A stretch of 63,169 bases of DNA, the filler included, from Lenisia limosa (lineage: Eukaryota > Protista > Breviatea): the NCBI GenBank assembly GCA_001655205.1. It is 17 parts of 17 records of this genome, joined end to end, with 100 filler letters (N's around TTAATTAATTAA, not from the genome) between each part and the next. Parts side by side here need not be neighbours in the genome. Positions count along the whole stretch, not along the records: positions 1 to 5,007 come from LPNZ01010927.1; positions 5,108 to 8,961 come from LPNZ01006623.1; positions 9,062 to 14,067 come from LPNZ01008312.1; 14 more parts are not named here. One strand, written 5' to 3'. The notes beneath the pieces were generated by a model that searched no databases, was not told the origin of the DNA, and worked only from the letters and a program-made list of their open reading frames with translations. This document shows positions 1 through 11,760 of the stretch, piece after piece. Numbering within the stretch: the first letter of the stretch is position 1; every line of letters begins with the position of its first letter. Position numbers and translations under genes: made by a program.

Positions 1-3000
1 AGATTGCGGAGTCTGGGTCAGTAAGATGAAGTACCATCCGAACCACAGTTATGGATATGATGTGTTTGTTCACGTGATACTACATAGTAGTACATAATAT
101 CACAGAGAACCCTATAACATGAGTTGTATGTAACGTATCATACGAAGTAGCAATAACTCTATCATATTATAGAGAGACCCTCCCACCGGAATTTCCCTTG
201 GCGGACTTATTGAGGGGGGAGAGTAGATACCGTAGAGAATGGGACCAAGCTAAGGGGTGATGAAGGGTGATGAAATCATGTAAATGTACGAAGTCGATCA
301 GAACATCCCCCTCCCAGGCGTACCAGAAGACCGGCGAAGAGTCCGGTAACGACAAGGGTGGAAACCATATAGAAGAATGATTTGAAGACAAATGATGATG
401 ACACAACCTGGGGGGGGGGGGGGNNNNNNNNNNNNNNNNNNNNNNNNNNNNNNNNNNNNNNNNNNNNNNNNNNNNNNNNNNNNNNNNNNNNNNNNNNNNN
501 NNNNNNNNNNNNNNNNNNNNNNNNNNNNNNNNNNNNNNNNNNNNNNNNNNNNNNNNNNNNNNNNNNNNNNNNNNNNNNNNNNNNNNNNNNNNTAGAGGCA
601 CCCACTGTTGAGAGAGCGTATCCGACACGCTCGGTCTTAGTGCTGTCGAGTTAAAGAAGAGGGTATAAAGATGACCCGGTGCAGAGATAGTTATGCTTGT
701 GTTCAGAAGTAAGTCAAATGACACAGTGAAAGCCAGGCCTACCCGGGGGTGATGAGGGTGATGAAACTGCTGTGGAGACACAGGTCAACGAGGAGCCCAA
801 TAGCCCTGATAGCGTGAATAGGGGGGTTGCAATAATGTGAGGAAATAATGGAACTAGTTTATAACAATGAAAAACGTCAGAAAGGAACACAAGGCCTAAC
901 CCACATCACGATCTCCACCATGGTGATGGTATTAAGCGATAGGCCAAAGATCTTGATGGCAAACATCAATTGAAGGTCGACAACACAAACCATGACAAGC
1001 ATGATTAGGGCTGCGGGGGTTAGGGTTCTGTCGTTATGGATTCTATTTTGCTTCACAAGCCCAATTATGCCCCCCCCCCCCCCCNNNNNNNNNNNNNNNN
1101 NNNNNNNNNNNNNNNNNNNNNNNNNNNNNNNNNNNNNNNNNNNNNNNNNNNNNNNNNNNNNNNNNNNNNNNNNNNNNNNNNNNNNNNNNNNNNNNNNNNN
1201 NNNNNNNNNTTCAACTACGCCTGCCTCTCCTCTCCTTGATTTGTAAAAACAACATTTTTCGGCTTTAGAGTCATTCGAGTGTGACATTACTTAATCCTGG
1301 TCATGTGATGATGGTTTGCAGTTATACAAAATCCATACCCTTGACCCCCCACAAGAAGACATATGCCCAAGCAGAGGCGAAAGCGTCGAAGCCCTCGGGA
1401 AGCTCAAGATCGTCAATGGAAGCAATGACCGTTTCCATAGCTAAAATGTAAGGGACAAGGACGATTGGATGTTTTCAGAGGCGAGGAATTAGCAATGAGA
1501 AATAAAAAACAAGGTTGTATCGCTGGCTGAAGCCGTCCACGCTGATAAGAGATATTGGACTATAGTATGACATTAATTCACCCAATCATTTGCCTTACAA
1601 CTCTGCGCACACAGCTTTTTGTAGTAAGAGTTGAGATAGCACCCCCACCCACCATCAACGTAATCCATGGTGGATCTGCGCGCAATATGCCTTGCGTTGA
1701 TGCGCGATGTGATGACCTTATTAGCCACTTCCTTCTCGAAAATGATGTCAGCGTAGTACTCATCTAGGGGGGATAAGAATGGCAAAGTCTGTGGGAAAAT
1801 CAGATTGCCCCANNNNNNNNNNNNNNNNNNNNNNNNNNNNNNNNNNNNNNNNNNNNNNNNNNNNNNNNNNNNNNNNNNNNNNNNNNNNNNNNNNNNNNNN
1901 NNNNNNNNGGAGTAATGCACAGGTCACATGTAGAATTAGAAAAAAATATTACCTCAAAAGACAAAAGAAAAAGGTAACAACACACTTTGAAATACTACCC
2001 CCCTCACATCATTGATTGTACCGCCGGCGTTGGTTTTGAGCCACTCCTTGAAGTCCATGACCCATCCCGTGACGGAACCCGCCATAACCTGGGGGGCAGG
2101 GTGAGGGTGTTGGATGAAGAGTCAGTCCGGATTGTGATATAGCTAGAAGAGTGCGGGAATGTGCCGTGCGGACCAACCTCAGAGGTGGTTCCTTCCAGAG
2201 AGTCGATACAAAGATTGACGGCTTTCTGGGTGGTGAATGAGGGGAAAATTCTGATATTTGATCTGTGATGAGAAAAAACCTCTTGTTCGGTTCCGTAATG
2301 AAGCTACCCACCTGAGTCTCGACAGTGGACAAGTCACCTCCCTTGAAGACTAGGTACAGTTCGTCTCCTACCTGGAATGTCAAAGGGGACGGTATCGGAC
2401 AAAAAAATATAAATATATATATATTGAAGACCCCCCCCCCTCCCGACATCACTGAATTTGTTTTCTGCAATAGCAAGGTAGTCTTGGAGGTAGTAGGACT
2501 CAGGACTAAAAGTGTGAAAAAAGGGGTTTCAAATGAATTAGCCAACTCTGTCAGCAGAAATACTAAAACCAAGGAAGCACCCCCATACACGAAATCGTTG
2601 AGAGTGAGCCCGACCTCGACCGTCATCATGGACCACACACCACCCGCACATGTCACTGAGAGGTTGGCGATTAGTTTCATTTGATGCAAAGATGAATTAA
2701 AACAATAAAAATTGAGGTTTGATCACCACAATGAGATTTTTGAACAGCTGAAAATGATTAACTCGTACTTCCCAAGCATTCCATCCGCGCATACAGAGGA
2801 AGAGAAGAAGAATGACAATGGTAACGGGAGTTTTATGAATAAAGGGTGTGTAGGTATCACGGAAGAAGCGGGAAAGTCCAGTCAGCTCTGCAGGAGCAGC
2901 GACCTGCGGACCAGGTGAGTTGATATCTGAGAAGAATGTGCCAAAAATCCCATCTTCATCTGCTGATGCAGATGTGTGTTCAAAGGGGCAACATCCACGC

Positions 3001-4985
3001 ACCTCGGTGGTTGGAGCAGTTTTGACGGATATGCAGCATGGAAGGCAGGCGTTACGCTTGCGCTAAAGGGGTCAGGGGTATGTGACAACATTCATATACT
3101 GAGTAGCATTATACAGGGTGGCATATGATACAGGCTGAACAAGGTACAAAATCATCACTAAATCTGCTGGGTATGTCACATAGTACATAAAAGCCACGCA
3201 AAATAAAAGCCACGCCAACAGAAACACGCTTCTCATCTAGGACCAAGAGGGCGGGGAAGACAGTAAACATGGCAATGTAGGAGAAGAACACACACAGGGA
3301 AGCTTGGCGACAGAAGGCCTGAGGACTGGTCAGAGGTCTGTTACAACGATACAGTTCGGGAAAAGCACTCGGAACTACCTCGGCTTTACCACCACCAGCT
3401 GTGGTTCAGAGTGGGGTAAAGAAACAATCATCCTTGCACAACTGTCACCTTACCCCCTTCCCACCTGGATAGCAGCAAGATTCGACGTTGAGCCGATGAC
3501 AAAAGCGATGATTGAGACGAAGGCGACAGACAGGGTGTTGACTGAAGCACCTGCAAGGGCCTCTGGGGGGGGGGGGNNNNNNNNNNNNNNNNNNNNNNNN
3601 NNNNNNNNNNNNNNNNNNNNNNNNNNNNNNNNNNNNNNNNNNNNNNNNNNNNNNNNNNNNNNNNNNNNNNNNNNNNNNNNNNNNNNNNNNNNNNNNNNNN
3701 NNNNNNNNNNNNNNNNNNNNNNNNNNNNNNNNNNNNNNNNNNNNNNNNNNNNNNNNNNNAGTAAAATGGGGGGAGGGAGGGAAGCCCAAATCAACTCTGT
3801 TGGCTGACACAAACAAAGCCCAAGCCAATCGCTTCTGCAACACCGCATCCCATCACTCGGGGGGTGGGGTGTCTGGCTGCTTACAGAAGCAGCCCCCCTC
3901 ATACTGCCCATTCTGTGTTTGATGTCGTGAACTGGGTTAGTCTCATTGAAGCTCGAAATGATGAGGAAGGCGTTATCCACACCCACTCCTTGAATCAACA
4001 AGGGGAGGAAGACACACTGAAGGGTTAAAGATGGATAAATAGAGATGCTATTCCGGAATTAGTGTATGAATCATCACTACAATAGAACAATAACCTCCCC
4101 CACAATGGCGGTGAAAGGAATGCCGAAGAGGAAAGACACAGCAAATCCCATGATCACANNNNNNNNNNNNNNNNNNNNNNNNNNNNNNNNNNNNNNNNNN
4201 NNNNNNNNNNNNNNNNNNNNNNNNNNNNNNNNNNNNNNNNNNNNNNNNNNNNNNNNNNATGGAGAGAAGAGCGAAAATGGCCTAAGCTGTGAACAAGGTT
4301 GAAAGCTGGTACCAAAGAAAGGAATCTCTCTCATCGCATTGAAAGGATTGTGTTTCAAACTATTTTCATTATCAAACCCAGGTACTAATGGCGATCTTGT
4401 TATTGCACATGCTCAATCCAACTCACGGGGTAGGGTCTGGCCAGAAGCCATGACTTCTTGCCGAGGGAGTATGACAGGTAGAAGACCATGATAACGAAGG
4501 CCATGATGAAGAGAATGATGTCACCCAGGACCGACTCCATAATGGCGTCGTCAAGAGAGCGCTGCGGGGGGGGGGGGNNNNNNNNNNNNNNNNNNNNNNN
4601 NNNNNNNNNNNNNNNNNNNNNNNNNNNNNNNNNNNNNNNNNNNTCGATGGTTACTTGGTAATGTCAAAGTTAAGTACTGTGAAGGAAAAGGTGGTATCAC
4701 ACACTAAGCTTTAATCCCCCCATACAGTCATTTGGTAGGCAATTTCGTACTGGCCGTCCATTTCATCCGCATAGTCTCCGAGAATGTCAATCCATCTTGA
4801 GGTCAGATAAGTGTTAGGAACTGTTCAAGTTCAATACTCCCTGCGCAGCCTCGACAAAAAACATGTATTATATGTATGTACAACCGGGATACGTCTTGAC
4901 CAATTTGCTCTATGATTTCCCAAAGAAAATTGGTCATTATCCCAGTCACTGTGTATTGGGAAGAATCTGACCACATCTGCAACAA
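1..4985 (-). CDS. NPC1/Patched-family (RND-type) sterol-sensing-domain membrane protein; multi-exon, partial (5' end lost at scaffold edge)
   Basis: Stitched exons give RSLDDAIMESVLGDIILFIMAFVIMVFYLSYSLGK, VIMGFAVSFLFGIPFTAIVGEVIVLL, GVGVDNAFLIISSFNETNPVHDIKHRMGKALAGASVNTLSVAFVSIIAFVIGSTSNLAAIQ (SSD, GxxxD motif), FFSYIAMFTVFPALLVLDEKR, and a second TM half (LTPAALIMLVMVCVVDLQLMFAIKIFGLSLNTITMVEIV..AIGLLVD..TERVGYALSTVGAS..FKSFFYMVSTLVVTGLFAGLL). GT-AG introns. Confidence 0.85.
1500..1620 (-). mobile_element. Intronic dispersed repeat family C
   Basis: Core GCAGAAAGCTGTGT..AGAGTTGYAAGGCAAATGATTGGGTGAATTAAT...CCAATATCTCTTATAAGCGT; also ~8478-8550, 14794-14820, 20727-20805, 22474-22572, 43740-43855. 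Confidence 0.75.
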
Positions 4986-5051
4986 AGGATATGGAACATA
5001 ATACAGTNNNNNNNNNNNNNNNNNNNNNNNNNNNNNNNNNNNNNNNNNNNN

Positions 5052-5063
5052 TTAATTAATTAA
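5052..5063. other. Artificial scaffold linker (N-TTAATTAATTAA-N); also at 9006, 14112, 16718, 26913, 29154, 31157, 33568, 35707, 37054, 47565, 50981, 53433, 57091, 59337, 62004
   Basis: Identical 12-mer with stops in all six frames, always embedded in ~45-50 N on each side. Confidence 0.98.
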
Positions 5064-5249
5064 NNNNNNNNNNNNNNNNNNNNNNNNNNNNNNNNNNNNN
5101 NNNNNNNTAGAGGTATCCTCATTACGAACTAAATGCAACTCCTAAGAGACAAAAGATATCATCAATATGAATTAAGCTCAGGATAATGACAGTACTACCC
5201 TTGATCTATTCATTTGATCTTTGAACCTAGCGATTTCCCAATTGTCATT

Positions 5250-8200
5250 TGACCATACCTACCTGGATATCAGTCCGAACAGAGTCAAGGGATTGGGCAG
5301 AGAACTTAGTACGAAGCCAGCTGTCATCTTGCCATGTAGCCTTGGTTGAGGCTGGAGGGTGTAAAACGAAGGAAATTTCGATGAAAAATATTGGCGTAAG
5401 GGTAATCACGAACCGAATAATTTGAAACTCCAAATAAACAAAAAACAAGCAATAACAAACATGAGCAACCAACGCTAAAACTAGACAAAAGCCAGACGAC
5501 AAAAACACAAAACAAGCCCGAGCCAGCCGTTGAAGAGTTCAAATTAAAAAAACTCTTGTACTCCAAATGCTCACAGTCGGTTGCAGTGGCGGCGAAAACA
5601 TGGGTAGCAGCCCCTCGGATATCAGGGTTCAGGTGAGTTGCAAGCTTCTTCAGAGCTGCGGGGGGTGAATGGGGAACGTAAATTTGGATGCAGCTGAAGT
5701 AAGAATATTTAATCATGGAGTTATCAAGACCAAATGCATCCTCCAACTCAGCAAAAACAACGCCACTTACTCTCGAGAGCGCTTGAATACCCAGAAAACA
5801 ACGCCACTTACGCTCGAGAGCGCCTGAAGACCCAGAAAACAGCTCTTGAGAGCGCCTGAATACGCAAAAAAACAAAGCCACTTACTCTCGAGAGCGCCTG
5901 AATACCAAAAAACGACGCCACTTACTCTCGTGAGGGTTCGCCTTGGGGTCGTTGACGATGATCAGGTCTCCACGAGCTTCAACTAAAATGTCATCAAGCT
6001 GATTGGTTTATCATCATGGATATATCAGAATATATTCCATCCTACCATCCATTTGGAAACAAAACAGCAGAGGAGTAAAATGTGAAATTATTTCCCCCTC
6101 ACCAAAGTCGGACAGGTTTGAGAGCGACCACGCCACATGCTTGTTGACCTCGGGGTTGGAAGAGGCGTGTTTCGCGCGGCCGACATAGAGCTTTTCAACA
6201 ATGGAAATCTTCAAAAGGCGACGGACAATTAAGTCGGCTAAGAAATTACTGAATACTTGATCTCATAGAAAGGAACAAGTTTTTAAACTGGAAGCTACCC
6301 CCCCCCCCCCNNNNNNNNNNNNNNNNNNNNNNNNNNNNNNNNNNNNNNNNNNNNNNNNNNNNNNNNNNNNGAAAGAAGCTGCTGAGGGGCTGGGATGTGA
6401 GGGCACGGTTGAAACAATACAAGAGTACTGTAGAGTAATTTCGGAATAGAGATGCTGTGGACCGACATATAATTTTTTTGTTGCTTGTTTTGTTCACATT
6501 GTATATTCATGGTCATTAAAAGTTGAAACAATACAAGAGTACTGTAGAGTAATTTCGGAAGAGATGCTGTGGACCGACACATAATTTTTTTGTTGTTTGT
6601 TTTGTTCACATTGTATATTCATGGTCATTATTCCATTGTCAACAAAGCGAATTCAAACCTGGAGAGAATATGGCCAATTCCAGGAACAAGAATGTCCAAA
6701 ACGTCCATGACCTAAATTTGTTAACTTGTGAGACTGTAAATCACAAAATTAAATAACCGAGAGAACTCATGCTCAATAAAACGGAACCCCTGTACCTGGT
6801 CAAGAGGAGCATCAACACAGAAGTTGGCAATGCAGTTGCCAGCAGCAGTCTGAGGTATCAGAGGGGGATCCGGTTCAATTTCAATTATTGCATTAAGTGA
6901 TTAGCAAAGTTTATTTAATTTGTCAAGACAATCAAAGTATACCTGGATGAGGAAATCCTGGCACTTGAGTACGTCACAGACAAGGGTGAAGAGGCCAGAA
7001 GACACCAAAATACCACGACCATCAGCTGGGGGGGGGGGGTTAAAGAATATTTGCAAAAGAAATAAAAACTCTGGAATATAGTCAAAGCCTGGTTGTTGTC
7101 CCTACCATCAGTAGCTAGAACTCCCAGGAACTTTATAGCCTCGGCAACTACGTCTACCAGTGTTATTGGGGGGAAATAAGATGATGAGACTGTCGTGGTA
7201 ATAAATGGCAAGTTAGATTGACTAAAAATAATTGTCCAAATAATAAAAACAAATAATTTGGGACGTTTTCCTAATTGGGAAAAAAAATAAATACAATATG
7301 ACAAAAATGGTCACTCTGAGACAGGAGGTGCCTTAGCCTACCTGAGAGCATGTCGTCGGTGGTCAAGATCTTGCGAATGATATCCATGACTGACTTATGG
7401 GCGATCAACACACGGTTGCGGTCTGCAATGGTTACATGGGATAAAAAAATTGCTTGAAATTTCGCATATAGTATAGTAAAGTATATCATATTTGTTTCCA
7501 GAAGAAATGATGCAAACCCTTGTACCTGAGTTCTCAATGAGGTAAATAAGGCTCTTAATAGCCTGGACAATGGAGCTGTATGCGTCTCCTTGGAGGGCTG
7601 ATTCGGCCTCAGCAACAAAAGGTGTGAATGTCAACTCCTTGACCACGCGGGACTGGAGGTCTCCTGCAGATGGTTTGTGAGGGTTTAAAAATTCGCAATT
7701 TTCAGGTTCTATGTCAACAAATCGATCCCCTCCACCTGGGGAGTAAAAATGGAAAATTTATGAAACAAGACAGTTTTATTACCATTTAGTTCTTTGTATG
7801 TAAAGTAGATTTAATAACAGTAATGATAATCACATTGAAGAGCATAGTGATCGTGAATGGACGTGTGATGGTGTAGATGTGTACCAAGTACTGTATCCCC
7901 ACCTCTGGATCTGACAGTTTCAGCTGTGACTTGAAGGGCCAGAGTGGCAACAACGGAGTCCTTTGATCTGAAGGGAAAGTAAAGCAAGAGAGAAGGGGTA
8001 AAAGCTACAGGAAGCGAGGAATATAAAAGGAAAGTGTCATCAATACTGAGTTACTCCACCCACCTGCAGAGATTGATCAAAACAGCAAGACCGCCTGAGG
8101 TGACCATGAGAGGCTCTTCTCCTTCAACTGAAAATGGATAAAATAATAGTTCATTTCAAGTTTTCCAAGATCGGAGTGGAAGAAATAACTTTTCGAAAAT

Positions 8201-8800
8201 GAAGAGACCATCATAAGTGTGAGAATGCACAGTACCTAAGTACACAAACATATATTATTGTAAATTTGTAATGTACATTATGTCACAAAATTGTAGAAAT
8301 GTTAATGAAGGTATTCGCCGAAAAAGGCCAAGCGCATTATTGCTCAAATTAGAGAATTGCAAAACAAACATTGGGGTTTGATGAGATTGTGAAGACCTCT
8401 GAGGCACACACGCTGAATGGGAATGGATTCCTGCGGGAGAGTGAAGCCCCAAAAAATGTAACATATCGATATATATATTTAATTCACCCAATCTTTTGCT
8501 TTGCAACTCTGTGGACACAGCTTTCTGCGTGCCTCCCCAGTAAAAACAACTCCATCGTACTCACCTGTACTGCGTGTTGGAGGAGAAGTTTGATTCCTCC
8601 AAGAACAATAATCTGCTGTCTCTTTTCAGCTAAGAGGTTAGGGAAGGCTACAAGCTCGTAGAGGAACGATATAATATTAACATCACAACTCCCTCACTTC
8701 CCTAATAAAAAACGCATATAAACTGACCCCCTCTCCTTACGAATTCCAGTAAGTTCACAGAGCTGATCCACGGCATTGCGTCTTTCGGTCTTATCTCCCA
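5250..8800 (-). CDS. Armadillo/HEAT-like helical repeat protein; multi-exon, partial
   Basis: Exons AEKRQQIIVLGGIKLLLQHAVQ, EPLMVTSGGLAVLINLC, DGRGILVSSGLFTLVCDVLK, QTAAGNCIANFCVD, VNKHVAWSLSNLSD, TLKKLATHLNPDIRGAATHVF resemble ARM repeats (GGxxxLxxL, W.LxNL); bounded by GT/AG. Confidence 0.55.
5352..5420 (-). mobile_element. Intronic dispersed repeat family B, representative copy ending at a 3' splice AG
   Basis: Sense consensus TTCGGTTCGTGA..TTACGCCAATATTCTTCATCGAAATTTCCTTCGTTTTACMCCC; also ~13375-13395, 16828-16910, 30480-30526, 32433-32485, 52455-52498, 59265-59292. Confidence 0.7.
5753..5932 (-). repeat. ~41-42 bp minisatellite (4-5 units) at an intron start; four units carry a GTAAGT donor-like site
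   Basis: Plus-strand unit AAACAACGCCACTTACTCTCGAGAGCGCCTGAATACCCAG; the last unit merges with the exon end. Confidence 0.9.
6408..6630. repeat. Direct tandem duplication, two ~110 bp near-identical units, intronic
   Basis: GTTGAAACAATACAAGAGTACTGTAGAGTAATTTCGGAA...CACATTGTATATTCATGGTCATTA occurs at ~6408-6517 and ~6522-6630. Confidence 0.9.
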
Positions 8801-9195
8801 CCTAACGATAAATTTGGAATACATATTGTTCCAACACTGCATTCTTCTTATTCAACTCAAAAATGTTTTAAACAATAATTGTGACAGTCATTTCTGCCAC
8901 TCAAATGCTTCCATCATTAGCCAACCTTCAGTTGTGATATCATTGGAGGGACAGACTCTGGNNNNNNNNNNNNNNNNNNNNNNNNNNNNNNNNNNNNNNN
9001 NNNNNTTAATTAATTAANNNNNNNNNNNNNNNNNNNNNNNNNNNNNNNNNNNNNNNNNNNNTCGCACTCATACTGGTGATCGCACTCATACTTGCGATCG
9101 CACTCAGACTGAGGGACTTATTATTTATTTATATATACTACGCCTCTTTAATATTCTTGCTTCTGTCCATCCCCCATTCCTGCATTGACAAAGTA

Positions 9196-9780
9196 GTTGA
9201 TTTTGTTGCCACTATCTGTCAGTATTTCGAAGGCGCTTCAATACCCTTGGAAAGCATCGGAATGGTATGCCTGCTCTTATAAGTGTGGTAGTGCTGATGG
9301 CAGTTGATGAGACCTAGTATGTATACACTCACATCAATTAGTCTTGACACGATTTACTTAAGACAAAGCTAAATATGTGTCAGTACTTATTGAGGTCGGT
9401 GAAGAAATGTATACTTTGTCGATATTAAAAATAAATGAGCAAAAATGGTTTTAGTGATGAATCATTGAAAATTATGATATTTTTGGGTACATAGGAAAGC
9501 ACTACTCATAAATCTAACAGGTTGGGCCTGCATCTTCAGACCTCAAGGAGCAACACAGTCGTCTGGTGGAAAATGCCTACCAGGTATGCTGTTATGTGTC
9601 TGTTTGATTCAGGTTCTTTTTTGGTTTCGTTATTTTCACCAATGTGACTGACCATTTGGTTATTTTTCCTTTCTCCCAATGACAATAACAGATTTCGCTC
9701 TACTCCGAGCTTCGTGGTCTTCCCATTGACCGAAAGAAGCTCGACAAACTTCTTCTCAATGGAAGTGGTTGGTGACTTTT
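9196..9780 (+). CDS. Uncharacterised multi-exon protein fragment
   Basis: AG/GT-bounded open exons VDFVATICQYFEGASIPLESIGM, VGPASSDLKEQHSRLVENAYQ, ISLYSELRGLPIDRKKLDKLLLNG; no family recognised. Confidence 0.4.
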
Positions 9781-11760
9781 CCTCTGAATATCAATGATAT
9801 CATAAAATATTACGGCTGTGTTTATCACCAAACAGTTTCTTTTCCTCATATCATATCTTATGGTTATTTTTTCTACCCAAACAGTATCCATTTTACTTTT
9901 CATCAAGTGAGCTTTTCTGCAAAAAGGGGGATTTCATGACAATTGACAACACCTTCAGATAATGAAGGCATGCAATCTTCAGTCACCGCTCTCCGCCACT
10001 ATATTCTGTCAATTCAGGAGCCGCTGCTTTCCGTCAAATACCCACCCTATACTGACTCAGCTCTANNNNNNNNNNNNNNNNNNNNNNNNNNNNNNNNNNN
10101 NNNNNNNNNNNNNNNNNNNNNNNNNNNNNNNNNNNNNNNNNNNNNNNNNNNNNNNNNNNNNNNNNNNNNNNNNNNNNNNNNNNNNNNNNNNNNNNNNNNN
10201 NNTTCCGATAATTGAATTGAATAATAAAGCTCTAACATTTACCTTACCTGTCAAGCACCTTGTTGTATCGTCGGTGTGGGGAAGTTGGAGTGGACTTGTT
10301 CAGGTTTTCTACAAACCTCGGGATGAGAGCCTTCCCACCTCAGATGAGGAAAAAGGTGCGTGGGGTCGTCTAATTGTCTTTCTCATTTCAACAGTACCAT
10401 TTATGAAGGGAAATATCATGATTACATTTCCCAAAAATTCCTAATGATGTTTTAGTGTTCTATCGATCCAACAACATTTTATGGTTTTATCGAACGTATT
10501 TTTGCATTATATTAATCACACTGTTTCCTTTTTTTACCTGCTCTTCTTTTGGAGGGTCATTGTCTATCAGAGATTATTATTTCTCTTCACCATGGAAACA
10601 AACCTCCAGTCTCTTGTTAAAAAATAAAGGGAAGGAACTTAAGATGATATGAGCTTCCTGTTGATTACGTAAGTGCATACACATTTTACACTCACAACAA
10701 GCCCCCTCAACATACTACAACTTCTCAGCCTCGTGTCTCGCAACCTTCCTTTGCTAAAATAAATAAACTGTAAAAAAACTCAAACTTCAATACCCTTTCC
10801 TTCCTGTTTGGCAGCAATTGATCCAGTTGCAACTCCATCTTGTCCAACGATAGGGGCATGGGCGATTCGTCGAGTTGATGTCTTATCATCAATAATGATA
10901 ACGGCGAACGGTTGAATTAGAATGCAGTTTAAAAAAGAATAGCACACTTTTTCTCAGAAGTGTTGAGATTGACTTTAGTGGAAGATATGAATAAGCATTT
11001 GGTGTTGTCAGGTTATTTTTCACTATAACTCCGAACAAATATCCTTCATTCCTTTAACAAGAAAAAATCACCCATAACTATAAACAGCATAAAAAAAATA
11101 AAAAATAAAAGTTGTCTTGTGTACCTGTTCACTTTCCCTAAGGTTAATTGCTCAAACCCTCCTTTGTTTTCTTTTCGGTCAATGGTTTCCCCCTTTGTGA
11201 GATATCAGTGAAGCTTTTATCTTTTTTGTAGAGAAAACCACATTGCCTGGCGGTTACATCACCAATATATTGGCCACCTCTTTGGTTTGGGGGGGGGGGT
11301 GACTTATTTTTCAATGAAGTAAGATATGATATNNNNNNNNNNNNNNNNNNNNNNNNNNNNNNNNNNNNNNNNNNNNNNNNNNNNNNNNNNNNNNNNNNNN
11401 NNNNNNNNNNNNNNNNNNNNNNNNNNNNNNNNNNNNNNNGCATCTGAATACATATGCTGGATTCCACCAAAATTGGGAATAAATTTAGGGAAATGGTTGA
11501 TTATTGCTGTAAATTTTCCTGGAATCTGGAATCACAAAAAGTGCAAAAAAAAAAACTGCAAAAAACAGGCTGGCGGTGGAATCCTAAATCCCGGCTGGAT
11601 AGCTGGAATCTGGATTCTTGGTTGCAATTTGGAAGTGAAGACCACATTTAAATCTTATCATATGCTGCGAACTATACTCTGACATGATTATCTGAAGTTA
11701 AAGCTCAATATCCGTGTCAGGACTTATCGCGCCTCCCCTCTTTTTGACCCCCCCCCCCCA

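Noticed and set aside
2009-2689. 226 aa ORF and other long six-frame ORFs containing X-runs
   Set aside because: They are exon-plus-intron read-throughs or N-filled frames, not single-exon proteins.
3885-5520. Candidate non-canonical GC donors (NPC1-like exon at ~3905; ARM exon at ~5518)
   Set aside because: Both resolve to canonical GT donors (GTATGA, GTGAGC) that keep frame. No AT-AC or U12-type donors were seen in the introns I parsed.
9062-9115. 18-bp triplicate (RTHTGD-like) suggesting zinc-finger linkers
   Set aside because: No C2H2 Cys/His spacing, it lies at a scaffold edge and the strand is ambiguous; treated as a short tandem repeat.
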